Origin: Myxococcota bacterium
Lineage (GTDB): Bacteria; Myxococcota_A; SURF-8; G963663525
Assembly: GCA_963676915.2 (NCBI GenBank)
Contig: CAXXVK010000043.1
Coordinates: forward strand, 192,001 to 256,000
DNA length: 64,000 nt
Reading direction: 5' to 3'
The notes beneath the pieces are model-generated. The model was not told the origin of the DNA, made no database searches, and worked only from the letters and a program-made list of their open reading frames with translations. The position numbers and the translations under genes were made by a program. Positions 10,633 through 21,353 of this stretch are shown here, one piece after another (the stretch's first letter is position 1; every line of letters begins with the position of its first letter).

Positions 10633-11688
10633 TCAGGATTGCACGATTTTTCGTAGTTTGTGGAAAGAGTCCATCTCGCCCATGCATACCAGGACGTGTC
10701 CTTCCTTGAGTTTGAAATTGGCTTCGGGATTGAACACATATTCTTTTTGGTCGGGATCGAACACGGCCATGACTGCCAGTCCGACTTTTTTACGGATTTC
10801 CATTTCCATAATGGTTTTCCCGGCATAGCGGGATTCGGGCGGGATGGTGACTTCCTCGACCCGCAACGTGCTGTCATGGGTTCGCAGCATTTTGTCCAAA
10901 AATGTCACCACGGTGGGACGCAGCATTTCCGAGGCCATTCTCATGCCGCTGATGAACGTACCGGTAACCACTTTGTCCGCTCCGGCGCTAAGTAGTTTGG
11001 ATTCGGAATTTTTTGCTACAGCCTTGGTGATGATTCGCAGTTTCGGATTGAGTTGGCGTGCCGAGATGATGATGAACAGGTTGTCTTTATCGTCCGTGCA
11101 GGCCGAAATCAGACCAACGGCGCGCATGATTCCCGCTTGAATCAGGTTCTGATCGTCGGCGGCGTCTCCTACTATGTAAGGTAAGTTATCATTGTACCTG
11201 TTGTATGCGGTTTTCAGGCGCTCTTCGTTCGTATCGATGACCACGGTCGGCGTGTTGGTTTTCATCAGTTCTTGAATGATGTGCCCGCCGGTTTCGCCTG
11301 CACCGCAGACGATGATGTGGTCTTTCATTTTTGCGAGCTGTTTTTCCATTTTCCGTCTCCAAACCATGCTCTGGAGGTTGCCTTCCACGATGAACGCGGT
11401 AACCGTCGAAGTGAAAAACACGGTGGTACCCATGCCAAACAGAATGACGAAAATCGTGAAAAATTTGAACAGAGGTTCTTCCGCCGAAATCACCTCGCCG
11501 TAACCTACCGTGGACAAAGTGATGACGGTCATGTACGCGCAATCCAGGATCGACCAGTTGTCGTGATCGGTGAAAAGTCCGATGAAATAATAGCCGAAGA
11601 TCCCGATAGCGAACATCGACATCATCAGGACGCCGCTGATGATCAGCTTTCGCAGTGCGACGCTTTCTTCGCTTGTGCGGTAATCCAT
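10633..11688 (-). CDS. Potassium channel protein with TrkA-N/TrkA-C (RCK) domains
   Basis: K+ filter TVGYG, HIIVCGAG Rossmann motif and a C-terminal FNP RCK-C domain. Confidence 0.92.
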   Translation of the reverse strand: MDYRTSEESVALRKLIISGVLMMSMFAIGIFGYYFIGLFTDHDNWSILDCAYMTVITLSTVGYGEVISAEEPLFKFFTIFVILFGMGTTVFFTSTVTAFIVEGNLQSMVWRRKMEKQLAKMKDHIIVCGAGETGGHIIQELMKTNTPTVVIDTNEERLKTAYNRYNDNLPYIVGDAADDQNLIQAGIMRAVGLISACTDDKDNLFIIISARQLNPKLRIITKAVAKNSESKLLSAGADKVVTGTFISGMRMASEMLRPTVVTFLDKMLRTHDSTLRVEEVTIPPESRYAGKTIMEMEIRKKVGLAVMAVFDPDQKEYVFNPEANFKLKEGHVLVCMGEMDSFHKLRKIVQS

Positions 11689-11966
11689 CGTCCCAACATT
11701 CCGATTCGGTAAAGAAAGGACCGGCGAAGCAATCCCGGAAAGGATCGAAAACGCCTTGAATTCGAAACCATACGTCTTGCATAGCACTAAAAGACGATAT
11801 TTTACCAGAAAAACGACAGAAATACGCCAATTTAAACCGGTGTTTATATAAGAAGTCAAAGTTCCTATATAAGAGGAAAATACCCCTTTTTTTGAAATTC
11901 CGGCGCGGTTCTGCTACATCCTAAGAGCTTGGAAAACCATGCGAAACCTGTTTCGGAGTTTTTGCC

Positions 11967-13079
11967 GTGAAGCACAATCCGTTTGTAAGTCTGCATCCTT
12001 ATCGTTTATTACTGGTTCGTCTTTCCGCCATGGGAGATGTGATCCACACCCTTCCTGCCGTGCGGGCGTTGCATCGCCGGTATCCCAAGACCCGTCTCGT
12101 GTATCTTGTGGACGACCGCAACGCCGATATTGTCGAGGGACTGAAAGATCTCGAACGTGTGATGGTGTTCAATCGCCGTGACGCCACGAGTCGGTTCATG
12201 TCGTTTCATTTCATCTGGTTGGCGTTTCAGTTCATTTTAGAATTCGTGATGAAATTGAGGAAATTAAGGTGCAACGGGTCGTTCGATTTCCATATGCTGC
12301 TGCGCTCCGGATTTTTCGCCTGGGCGTCCGGGGCACGGATTCGCATGGCATTGCGCACCTGGAAAGAAGGGAATCGCCTGTTCCAAAATCATACGGTGAA
12401 AAAGCCGAAAACGCTGCACGCCATCGACCGCAACCTGCACCTTGTTTCCCAAGCGGTAGGAGCATCGGATAAAGCCGAGCGCGTGCCCGTGCCGGTAGTT
12501 CGGGAAGAGAAGGCCCGATGCGATCTTTTCCTGAAACAGCACGGTTTGACCTCGAAAGGCTTTTTCCTGCTGCTTCCCGCCGCATCCAGACGGGCCAAAA
12601 TGCTCCCCATGGAAACCTATGTCGAAGTGCTCAACCGAGTGGCTGAATACTCGGGGCTGGCAGGGGTGATCGTCACCGGGCCGGGGGAAGAGCGCATTGC
12701 CGCTCAACTGAGCGAAAGCACCGAAGGGCGGTTTGTGGTTGCTGACAAAATGGGAATCAAGGCATTGGCCGCTTTGGCGTTGCAGGCACGGATTGCCATT
12801 GGTGTCGATACCGGGCCTTTACACCTTTGCGCGGCGCAAGGAACACCGGTTGTAGGGATTTACGGGCCGACCGATCCGCTGGAATTCGGTCCGTACTGGG
12901 AGCCGTACGAAGTCGTGGATGCGGCGGCGGGAGAAAAGCGCTATTCGCAACGAAAGTTAAGGAAGCGAAAAAGCCCTTGTCCGTCGCTCGAATCTCTCGA
13001 TGCCGATACGGTGGTGCAGGCCACGTTACGCCTGCTGGCGAAATCGGAAAGCGAAACGGGTAAGAGTTCTGTTGTGTGA
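11967..13079 (+). CDS. Glycosyltransferase family 9 (LPS heptosyltransferase-like)
   Basis: RLSAMGDVIHTLP, GVDTGPLHL and IYGPT. Confidence 0.9.
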   Translation: MKHNPFVSLHPYRLLLVRLSAMGDVIHTLPAVRALHRRYPKTRLVYLVDDRNADIVEGLKDLERVMVFNRRDATSRFMSFHFIWLAFQFILEFVMKLRKLRCNGSFDFHMLLRSGFFAWASGARIRMALRTWKEGNRLFQNHTVKKPKTLHAIDRNLHLVSQAVGASDKAERVPVPVVREEKARCDLFLKQHGLTSKGFFLLLPAASRRAKMLPMETYVEVLNRVAEYSGLAGVIVTGPGEERIAAQLSESTEGRFVVADKMGIKALAALALQARIAIGVDTGPLHLCAAQGTPVVGIYGPTDPLEFGPYWEPYEVVDAAAGEKRYSQRKLRKRKSPCPSLESLDADTVVQATLRLLAKSESETGKSSVV

Positions 13080-13145
13080 ACGTTGCAGTGATTGAGAGTG
13101 GTTGCAGGTGTTGTTGCTGAAAGCTCGAATGAAGGGATACGAACC

Positions 13146-14675
13146 ATGAACGATAGGACACGTTGGACGTTTTTTTTCGTCTTCGGACTGATTGTTGTGA
13201 TGTTGGGATGTTTTGCTTGCGGTGATGATGATTCGGGAAATCCGCAAAATGGAGACGAGGACGTAGACCTGACGGAAAACGTTTCCGAGACGGAAGCCGA
13301 TGCGGAAGATTCGCTCATGACCCGTCTTTGGGGTGACTGGCAGCCGGTGGGCGTCTCCATCAAGGAAATGCTCGGTGTCGCCTCGCATATGAAGCAGAAT
13401 GAGGGCGAAGACGAGGACCGCGATTTCGAATTCAGTAAATACGATGAGTTGGGTCAAGCCATCGTTCGCGAACATTTTCGCTGGAACCACATCGAAGCCG
13501 CCGACGACGAGTGGGATTTCGCACGGGTGCAAACTCAAGTGGATATGGCGCAGCAACACAACGTGAAGCTGATTCCGCAAGTGGGCTACGATGTCGATTG
13601 GGCGAAAACGGGGGAGGGGGACAGTTCGCTGATTCCCGAGGAATATGGAGAGTTTACGCGCAAAGTGGCGGAAAAATACTGCGACGTGATCAAGGATTAC
13701 GAGCTGTGGAATGAGCCTAACATCGATGTATTCTGGGAGCCGGAACCGAATCCTCAGCATTACGGGTTGCTGGTCAAGCAAGCCTACGAGAACATCAAGG
13801 CCGTTTGTCCCGATGCGCGGGTGTCGATCGGTGGGCTGGCGTCGTATTCGCTCGACGATCATTTTTACGAGCGCTGGTGGTTTTTAAAGGAACTGTATGC
13901 CGAACACCCGGATATCGGTAATTATTTCGACGTGTTAGCCTTGCATCCCTATTCGGCGCTGATGTCCTATCCGCCGGAATACGATGAATTGAACGGTGAG
14001 TACCAGGCCGAAGGTCAGGTGCTGATGATCGAGATGGCTCGTGACATTCTCGCCGAGATCGGCAAACCGGACGTGCCGATCTGGTTTACCGAGGTCGGTT
14101 GGCCGAGTCTTAGCCTGGGTGAGGAAGCCTGTGCCCGTTACATGACGCGCTCTGCGCTTCTGGCCTCGCGGGACAGGATCGAAGCTTATCTCTGGTACAC
14201 GTTTTTCGATAGCGAGCCGGAACCGGGAGCGCTCGACGATTTCAATAATTATTTCGGACTGTTCGGGTATCCAGAAGATACCGAGCAACCCCGGCGCGAG
14301 AAAAAGACCTGGCAGGCGTTCAAGAATCTGGCGACGGTCGTGGGGGATGCACGTTTCGTACGTGACCTTTCGGACGATCTGGAGTTGCCGGACGATGTGT
14401 ATGTGCTGGGATTCCTACGTGAAGACGGTACTCGACTGCTGGCGGCCTGGGATGGTCGCGAAGTTCCCGACGTAAAGGAAAAAGTCACGGCGGCGGGTGG
14501 AGTTGACACGACCTTCGAACTGGTCTTGTCCTTGCCTGAGGATGTCCAGGAAGTCATCGTGACGGACAGCACCGGAGCGGAATTGTCCCGTCCGACGGTG
14601 GATGCTTTATCGTTGACGGTGACGTTGGATATCGACGTAAAGTATATCGAACTCCTCACAGGAGTGGAACGATAA
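13146..14675 (+). CDS. Lipoprotein glycoside hydrolase, clan GH-A (GH39/GH5-like)
   Basis: Lipobox FAC with an acidic linker, WNEPN acid/base, LALHPY and the WFTEVGW nucleophile motif. Confidence 0.8.
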   Translation: MNDRTRWTFFFVFGLIVVMLGCFACGDDDSGNPQNGDEDVDLTENVSETEADAEDSLMTRLWGDWQPVGVSIKEMLGVASHMKQNEGEDEDRDFEFSKYDELGQAIVREHFRWNHIEAADDEWDFARVQTQVDMAQQHNVKLIPQVGYDVDWAKTGEGDSSLIPEEYGEFTRKVAEKYCDVIKDYELWNEPNIDVFWEPEPNPQHYGLLVKQAYENIKAVCPDARVSIGGLASYSLDDHFYERWWFLKELYAEHPDIGNYFDVLALHPYSALMSYPPEYDELNGEYQAEGQVLMIEMARDILAEIGKPDVPIWFTEVGWPSLSLGEEACARYMTRSALLASRDRIEAYLWYTFFDSEPEPGALDDFNNYFGLFGYPEDTEQPRREKKTWQAFKNLATVVGDARFVRDLSDDLELPDDVYVLGFLREDGTRLLAAWDGREVPDVKEKVTAAGGVDTTFELVLSLPEDVQEVIVTDSTGAELSRPTVDALSLTVTLDIDVKYIELLTGVER

Positions 14676-14800
14676 GTAGGTCGGGCAAATTTTTTGCCCG
14701 ACAAGTTCAAGATGAATGTGAATAAAAGGTAGGTCGGATGATTTTAATCCGACCTAAAAGGCGATTTTCGAAAAGTGTCGGGTGAAATCACCCGACCTAC
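14676..14800. repeat. Cluster of three family-2 REPs (GTAGGTCGG-N-CCGAC)
   Basis: 14676-14702 GTAGGTCGGGCAAATTTTTTGCCCGAC; 14729-14755 GTAGGTCGGATGATTTTAATCCGACCT; inverted copy 14777-14800 GTCGGGTGAAATCACCCGACCTAC. Confidence 0.85.
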
Positions 14801-14939
14801 TACGATTTCGGTTTGTCGCATGATGGAGCGAATTGACCCGAAATGGAAAAAACTGTAGGTTGTCTTTTCCCAAATGGGAACCGTATCCTACGAAAGTGGA
14901 CATTGGAACAAAGGTTTTGGACAAGAAAGAAATCAACGA

Positions 14940-16241
14940 ATGATCGAACGATACACAAATCCGGAAACCGGTAAAATCTGGACCGACCAAAGCAAATACG
15001 AAATGTGGTGGAAGGTCGAACGTGCGGCGGCGATCGCCATGGGCGAACTGGGCATTATTCCTGCCGACGCCGCGAAGGAAATCGAAGAGGCTACGGTGGA
15101 GATCCGCCCCGAGCGCATCGAAGAAATCGAAGCCACGACCCGGCACGATGTAATCGCTTTCCTGACTCACATCGAAGAGCAGTTGGGTGGCGTTTCGCGC
15201 TGGATTCATTTCGGGATGACGAGTTCCGACGTGCTGGATACTGCCTTTGCTCTGCAATTGAAATCTGCCAGCGAGCGGATTTCCGAAGCGTTGGACGTTT
15301 TGCTCGACACGTTGAAAAAACGCGCCTTGGAATACAAAAACCAACCGATGATGGGCCGCAGCCACGGTATTCATGCCGAGCCGGTGACCTTCGGTCTCGT
15401 GTTGGCGACCTATTACGCGGAGTTCGACCGCCATCGCGAGCGCTTTGCACGGGCGCGCAAGGAAGTGGAAACGGGGATGATTTCCGGCGCTGTGGGAACG
15501 TTTGCGCACATTCCGCCGGAAGTCGAAGTGAAAACCTGCGAGATTTTGGGCTTGACGCCCGAACCGATCTCGACGCAGGTTATTCCCCGAGATCGTCATG
15601 CCGCGTATTTTTCCTGTCTCGCGGGGATTGCGAGCAGCATCGAGCGGCTGGCCGTTCAGTTGCGCCACCAGCAGCGGACCGAAGTGCGCGAGGTCGAGGA
15701 AGCGTTCCGAAAAGGCCAGAAAGGGTCGTCGGCGATGCCGCATAAAAAGAACCCGATTTCCGCCGAAAATCTGACCGGGCTGGCGCGGGTGATCCGTTCC
15801 AATGCGTTTTCCGCTTTCGAAAACGTGGCACTCTGGCACGAAAGAGACATCAGCCACTCGTCGGTGGAACGGGTGATTGCTCCCGATTCGACGATTCTTG
15901 CCGATTATGCTTTACGGCGTCTTACCCGTTTAGTGGGCAATCTGGCCGTAATTCCCGAATCGATGCAGCGCAATCTCGAACAGATGCGCGGGTTGGCGTT
16001 TTCTCAGCCATTTTTGCTGATGTTGGCCCGAAAAGGTCTGAAACGGCAAACGGCGTATGAAATCGTGCAGCGCCATGCGATGAAAGTCTGGGACAACGAC
16101 GATCTCACGCTGAAGGATTCCCTTTTGTCGGATGACGAGGTGGTTGGGAAAATCGGCAAAGAAGCCATTGAACAGGTTTTCGACCTCAAACGGAATCTCA
16201 CGCACGTTGATGCGATTTTCGAGCGCGTGTTCGGGAAGTGA
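14940..16241 (+). CDS. purB: Adenylosuccinate lyase
   Basis: MIERY start, TRHDVIAF, GRSHGIHAEP and GSSAMPHKKNP. Confidence 0.97.
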   Translation: MIERYTNPETGKIWTDQSKYEMWWKVERAAAIAMGELGIIPADAAKEIEEATVEIRPERIEEIEATTRHDVIAFLTHIEEQLGGVSRWIHFGMTSSDVLDTAFALQLKSASERISEALDVLLDTLKKRALEYKNQPMMGRSHGIHAEPVTFGLVLATYYAEFDRHRERFARARKEVETGMISGAVGTFAHIPPEVEVKTCEILGLTPEPISTQVIPRDRHAAYFSCLAGIASSIERLAVQLRHQQRTEVREVEEAFRKGQKGSSAMPHKKNPISAENLTGLARVIRSNAFSAFENVALWHERDISHSSVERVIAPDSTILADYALRRLTRLVGNLAVIPESMQRNLEQMRGLAFSQPFLLMLARKGLKRQTAYEIVQRHAMKVWDNDDLTLKDSLLSDDEVVGKIGKEAIEQVFDLKRNLTHVDAIFERVFGK

Positions 16242-16294
16242 CGACGTTTCAATAAGGAATTACTAACAAGCGAGAAGAACGCGGGGAGCACACC

Positions 16295-17710
16295 ATGGGC
16301 GGATACGATGGGACGAAACGATTTCGGAACGTTGAAAGAGTCGTTCGCTGGTTGGTTGGTTTGTCGATGGCCTTTCTGGTATTTGGTTGCGGCGATCCGC
16401 CGAATTTCACCTGGCCGGATAAACTGCCGGAACTTCCCGTCGTCGATGTTCCCGACCGTACGCCCTATGACGCCTGGAAGGAATGGCGACTCGCCCAGAA
16501 CAGTCGGGAGATGATTGTTGGCGCGAAAGTGATCGATATCACTCCGCTTCGGGAAAAAGGCTACTGGATCGCCGGATATTCCGCCAACAAGCCTTCTCGT
16601 GGTGCGAAAGGACGGATCACCGCCCGGATTCTGTTTTTCGATGACGGCAGACAGTCGCTGGCAATGGTGTCCTGTGATGTGGTCGGATTGATGAACGACC
16701 GTATCTGGAATATCCGTAAACGGCTGAGTTCGACATGGGGGAAAGACGTGCTCGTCACCTCCACACACAATCATGCCGGTCCGGATACGATGGGTTTGTG
16801 GGGACGTTCGCTGTTGCTGATGATTCCTGTCGAGAGCGGAATCGAGGATGGGTATCTGGCGCGAGTCGAGCAGCAGATCGCCGATGGCATCCTGGAAGCG
16901 GCGAAGTCGGCTGTTCCGGCGGATCTGTACGCCGCTAGGACGATGATTCACGAGCAGGTTTCCGAAAACGCCCACAAACCCGGTTGGAAGGACGACGAAT
17001 TGACGGTGATGCAGGCGCGTTCCCGGAAGGACGGCCATACCATCGCTACTATGGTTAATTTCGGCAATCATGCCGAAGCGTTGGGTGGGGATCAGGATTA
17101 CATGCATCCGGATTTCCCCGGCTTTTTGTATCCGCGTCTGGAACGTCGTGAAGGCGGCGTAGCGGCGTTTTTCAACGGGGTTATCGGTGGAATCATCGTA
17201 CCTGCACTCCCGAGACATTTGGAGCACCACAACGAAATCCGCTACAAGTATGCGAAAAAATTCGGAGAATATCTGGCGGATCGGGCTGCCAAAGCCATTC
17301 GTTCGGGAGAAAAATTAAACGTTCGTTCGATACGGGTATTTCGTCAGGCGTTTACCGTTCCGATCGACAACCCGGTGTTCAAATCGTTGGCAACGAAGGT
17401 TGTGTTGAATCAACGAGCGATGAATGAAGAGGGTCGCTTGTATACGGAAGCGTGGCGAATCGATTTCGGTGAGTTGCAGGTTGTCACCGTGCCGGGTGAG
17501 ATTTTTCCCTCGCTGGGATTTGCCATCAAGAGCCGGATGCAAGGAAACTACCGGATGATTTTGGGGCTGGGTGCGGACGAGTTGGGGTACATCATGACGA
17601 AAGAAGAGTACAACGACCCGTTGTATGCTTACGAACAGTCCGTGTCTCTGGGGCCGCAAACCGGACCGATTTTAATGGGACAGGTGCTTGGTCTTCTGGA
17701 AGAAAAGTAG
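16295..17710 (+). CDS. Neutral/alkaline ceramidase-like lipoprotein
   Basis: Lipobox-like FGC, TSTHNHAGPD, NFGNHAE, DFPG and VPGEIFP. Confidence 0.75.
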   Translation: MGGYDGTKRFRNVERVVRWLVGLSMAFLVFGCGDPPNFTWPDKLPELPVVDVPDRTPYDAWKEWRLAQNSREMIVGAKVIDITPLREKGYWIAGYSANKPSRGAKGRITARILFFDDGRQSLAMVSCDVVGLMNDRIWNIRKRLSSTWGKDVLVTSTHNHAGPDTMGLWGRSLLLMIPVESGIEDGYLARVEQQIADGILEAAKSAVPADLYAARTMIHEQVSENAHKPGWKDDELTVMQARSRKDGHTIATMVNFGNHAEALGGDQDYMHPDFPGFLYPRLERREGGVAAFFNGVIGGIIVPALPRHLEHHNEIRYKYAKKFGEYLADRAAKAIRSGEKLNVRSIRVFRQAFTVPIDNPVFKSLATKVVLNQRAMNEEGRLYTEAWRIDFGELQVVTVPGEIFPSLGFAIKSRMQGNYRMILGLGADELGYIMTKEEYNDPLYAYEQSVSLGPQTGPILMGQVLGLLEEK

Positions 17711-17897
17711 CCCAAAGCGGAACTTTCTGGAAATTTTCGATTGATTTCGGTATAATAGCGTTCGTGCCGTTTACATATGACTCATCAAGGGGAACGAAAA
17801 TTCATTCTGTCGTAGTAATGAAATTAAAATGTAAATATAAAAAAGATAAGATGATTATGTTATAATTTAGCATAATTAAGTTAAATTTGATATTTGT

Positions 17898-17927
17898 TTG
17901 ACAATTTCGCGTTCGTTGGAGTATAAT
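17898..17927 (+). promoter_or_regulatory. Consensus sigma70 promoter of the HTH-pilMNOP operon
   Basis: TTGACA-18 nt-TATAAT, preceded by a very AT-rich tract (~17820-17895). Confidence 0.7.
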
Positions 17928-17973
17928 TGCTTTCAATTGGATTTGTTTCATTTTATGACGGAGAGTGAACGTG

Positions 17974-18234
17974 ATGGTCCCGAACAATGTTCGGCGGCTT
18001 CGAGAAGCCCAATTGATGAGCAAGGCGGAACTGGCTCGCAAAGCGGGACTCTCGGCTCTGACGATCGATCGGGTGGAAAACGGGAAGCCTTGCCGTATGG
18101 ATACGATGCGAAAAATCATTCTGGCGCTTGGACTCGATCTGAAGCAAAAGGATCTCGTTTTCGGCTCGGAATATTTCAATGCCGAGGGAACATCACTTCC
18201 CGAAGCGAAGGAAGCGGGCAAAGACGCCCGTTAA
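17974..18234 (+). CDS. XRE-family HTH regulator upstream of pilM
   Basis: NNVRRLRE..LMSKAELARKAGLS..TIDRVE.G. Confidence 0.85.
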   Translation: MVPNNVRRLREAQLMSKAELARKAGLSALTIDRVENGKPCRMDTMRKIILALGLDLKQKDLVFGSEYFNAEGTSLPEAKEAGKDAR

Positions 18235-18252
18235 AGACATTGAGGTGCCTGC

Positions 18253-19308
18253 ATGGGTCGCGGATTAATAGGACTGGATATCGGTTCCAACTCGATTAAA
18301 GTCGTCAGCTTGAAGAAAAACAAGCGCGGGTACGAATTGACCAACTTCGGGTTGGCTCCGCTTCCGCAGCAGACGATTGTGGACCGCTCCCTGATGAACT
18401 CCGGCGCGGTGGTGGATGCCGTGCGCCGATTGATGGATTCGGCGGTGATTAAAACCAAAGATTGCGCGATTTCCATCTCGGGCCATAGCGTTATTATCAA
18501 AAAAATCAGCCTGCCTCAGATGACGAAAACCGAGCTGGACAATTCCATCCAGTGGGAGGCGGAGCAGTATATTCCTTTTGATATCAACGACGTGAATGTC
18601 GCGGTTGAGATTCTCAACCAGGAAGGTTCCGAGCAGGGTCAGATGGACGTACTGCTCGTCGCCGGCAAAAAGGACATGATCTACGATTATACGGCGGTCG
18701 TGTCCGAAGCGGGACTCAATCCGCTGGTCGTGGATGTAGACGCCTTTTCCGTCGTCAACGCCTTCGAGGTCAACTATCCGATTCCGGCGGACGAAACCAT
18801 CGCCCTGATCAATATCGGAGCTTCGGTAACCAATATCGTCGTCATCGCGAACAAAATGACGACGTTTACCCGTGACATCACCATGGGTGGCAACCAGTTC
18901 ACCGAGGAAATCCAGAAACAGCTCAATCTCAGTTACGTTGAGGCCGAAGACCTCAAGCTGGGTGGTGAACCCGGTGTGGATTCGGATTCCGTTATTCCGC
19001 AGGAAGTCGAGCGTGTCATTCGAGAAGTCTGCGAAACGCTCAGTTCCGAAATTCGGCGGTCGTTGGAATTCTTCTCGGCCACCAACCAGGAAGGTGAAAT
19101 CAGCAAGCTGTTCCTTTGTGGCGGAACATCCAAGATTTCATCGCTGCCCAAAATTCTTGAGGGTCGGACCGGCCTGCCGGTCGAGGTCTTTGATCCTTTC
19201 CGTAATATTCGAATTAATGAACGAATTTTCGATATCAATTTTATCCGGCATGAAGCGCCCAAAGCTGCAGTCGCCGTGGGTTTGGCGCTGAGGAGTTTCG
19301 ACGAATGA
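18253..19308 (+). CDS. pilM: Type IV pilus assembly protein PilM
   Basis: GLDIGSNSIK, WEAEQYIPF and AVAVGLALR. Confidence 0.96.
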   Translation: MGRGLIGLDIGSNSIKVVSLKKNKRGYELTNFGLAPLPQQTIVDRSLMNSGAVVDAVRRLMDSAVIKTKDCAISISGHSVIIKKISLPQMTKTELDNSIQWEAEQYIPFDINDVNVAVEILNQEGSEQGQMDVLLVAGKKDMIYDYTAVVSEAGLNPLVVDVDAFSVVNAFEVNYPIPADETIALINIGASVTNIVVIANKMTTFTRDITMGGNQFTEEIQKQLNLSYVEAEDLKLGGEPGVDSDSVIPQEVERVIREVCETLSSEIRRSLEFFSATNQEGEISKLFLCGGTSKISSLPKILEGRTGLPVEVFDPFRNIRINERIFDINFIRHEAPKAAVAVGLALRSFDE

Positions 19309-19874
19309 TTCGGATCAATCTACTTCCGGTCAAGCAGGCCCAAAAGCGTAGCTTGGGTCAGCAGCAAATCATTCTCGCGGTAATCGCTATCGTGGCGGTC
19401 GTAGCGTTGCTGTATACCAGCAACGAGCGGGAAAGATCGAAAATTTCAGGTTTGGAGACAAAGGTTTCCGATCTGAAAACCGAATTGAGCAAGCTTGATG
19501 ACTTGATCGGCGATGCGGAAGAAGTCAAAAAGCGTGAAACGGAGTTGCAGAAGAAGCTGGACGTTATTAATAAACTGAAAGCTTCGAAAACCGGTCCGGT
19601 CAAAATGTTGGATGAATTGTCCACCATTCTTCCAAGGAAACTTTGGTTGACGAGTTTCAAGATTGGCGGATCGATGATTCAACTCTCTGGCGTGGCTGTC
19701 TCTAACAAGGACATTGCAGTATTCATGCGCAACCTGGAGTCAAGCCCGTTTTTCACAGGGGTGAAACTCAAGGAAGTCAAAGCCCACAGTGCTCAGAAAA
19801 TGGCCAAGGGGGCGGATGTCGAATTCCTTTCGATATTCAAGATGAGCGTCAAATACGTCAAGCCCAGCAGTTAA
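19305..19874 (+). CDS. pilN: PilN
   Basis: MIRINLLP motif, TM segment and coiled coil. Confidence 0.95.
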   Translation: MIRINLLPVKQAQKRSLGQQQIILAVIAIVAVVALLYTSNERERSKISGLETKVSDLKTELSKLDDLIGDAEEVKKRETELQKKLDVINKLKASKTGPVKMLDELSTILPRKLWLTSFKIGGSMIQLSGVAVSNKDIAVFMRNLESSPFFTGVKLKEVKAHSAQKMAKGADVEFLSIFKMSVKYVKPSS

Positions 19875-19895
19875 GTTTGGGAAGGTTGGATTCCA

Positions 19896-20489
19896 ATGGA
19901 AGAATTTCTCGACCGATTTGCACGAATACCGATTCTCCATAAGATTCTTGGGTTGATCGTTATCTTGATACTGATTTACGTGGCCAATATCTTTCTGTTC
20001 CTCGCTCCGATCGAAGAGGAGCAGGCTAGCGTGAAAAACAAGATTGCCAATCTCGAATCGGATTTGGAGAAAAAGCGGAAGGTGATTGCGGAGTTATCGA
20101 TTTACAAGCGCCGCAAAGAAAAACTGGAGCAGGAGCTTTCCCGCGCTATCAAGCTATTGCCGGAAAAGAGCGAGATCGACGGTTTGTTGCAGCGTCTATC
20201 GGCATTAGCTCGCAAAGCGGGGCTTTTCATCACCTCTTTCGTTCCTAAACCGGAGAAAACGAGCGGATTTTACTCGACGATACCAATCAAGCTGGATTTG
20301 GAGGGTACCTATGTCGAGTTGGTTTCATTTTTCGACTCCGTTCAAAAGTTGAATCGTATTGTGAGCGTCGGAGATTTCAACTTCAACTTAGTCAAGGCTA
20401 AGTCGAAAGGGAAAATCACGGGCAAAAAAATATTGTCCGCGAAAGTTACGGTCACTACGTACCGGTTTTTACCGGGTAAGTTGAATTAG
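19896..20489 (+). CDS. pilO: PilO
   Basis: LP.KSEI..LL, FY..IPI and RIV motifs; operon order. Confidence 0.92.
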   Translation: MEEFLDRFARIPILHKILGLIVILILIYVANIFLFLAPIEEEQASVKNKIANLESDLEKKRKVIAELSIYKRRKEKLEQELSRAIKLLPEKSEIDGLLQRLSALARKAGLFITSFVPKPEKTSGFYSTIPIKLDLEGTYVELVSFFDSVQKLNRIVSVGDFNFNLVKAKSKGKITGKKILSAKVTVTTYRFLPGKLN

Positions 20490-20516
20490 CCCCCGTGTAA
20501 GAAAGGGCTACGGCAC

Positions 20517-21353
20517 ATGATAGGCAAAAAAACAACTCGGATCGCTTTAGCATGGCTGATGATACTCGCTTTTCTGGCTTGGGCTGGTTGCGAGGATGAG
20601 TCACCGGCAGTGAATCAGGTTAAATCTTCGAAAAGCGCTGCAAGTGCAACGGCTGCCGCTAAACAAGCGGAACAGGCGAAAAAGGCCGATCAAGCGAAAA
20701 AGGCCGAAGAAGAACGGAAAATCACGGAAGATTATGTGTATATTTCCGTTGGCAAACGCGATCCGTTTATGTCGATTTACGAAGTCTCCAACGTCAAGAC
20801 CGACAGTACGAGCGGAGGAGAAAACAAGCCAACGATTTTAAGTCCGTTGCAACGTTTCGACGTACAACAGTTCCGTATAACAGGTATTATTTGGGGAACT
20901 GCAGCGCCGATGTCCAATGTTGTTGATCCAGAGGGGCGTTCTCACGTTGTCAAACCGGGAAGTCTGATCGGTCGCAATTGGGGGAAAGTGACGAAAATCA
21001 AGAAAGACAGCATCATCGTTTCCGAGGTGATCGGCGGACCGGAAGGTCGTAAGATCAATCACGAAATCGAATTACGGATGGCGGTGGGCGGTCTGGAGAC
21101 CGGTACGGAAGATGTATATGGTCTGGAAGAATTGGAAGAGGAAGAAGGTGGTGCCGGTGGTAAAGCCGGTGGCAGAGCGACTGCGGCTCCGGATGACGAT
21201 TTGAAAACCGTATTGGAACAATCCAAATCGATTTCCGTTACATCCCAGCCGATTCAGCCCAGGTCGACCGCGCAGCAGCGCCCGACTCCTAATTCCACGT
21301 ACCTGCTGAATTCGGGTAGTGATGTTGTCACGATTCCCGATGTAGATTTCTAG
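20517..21353 (+). CDS. pilP: PilP lipoprotein with a long disordered C-terminal tail
   Basis: Lipobox AGC, KRDPF, PLQRFD and IGRNWGKV. Confidence 0.9.
   Translation: MIGKKTTRIALAWLMILAFLAWAGCEDESPAVNQVKSSKSAASATAAAKQAEQAKKADQAKKAEEERKITEDYVYISVGKRDPFMSIYEVSNVKTDSTSGGENKPTILSPLQRFDVQQFRITGIIWGTAAPMSNVVDPEGRSHVVKPGSLIGRNWGKVTKIKKDSIIVSEVIGGPEGRKINHEIELRMAVGGLETGTEDVYGLEELEEEEGGAGGKAGGRATAAPDDDLKTVLEQSKSISVTSQPIQPRSTAQQRPTPNSTYLLNSGSDVVTIPDVDF

Noticed and set aside
14676-14800. Repeat-spacer pattern as a mini CRISPR array
   Set aside because: The repeats vary internally, one is inverted, they are GTAG-led and dispersed elsewhere, and no cas genes are present. They are REPs.
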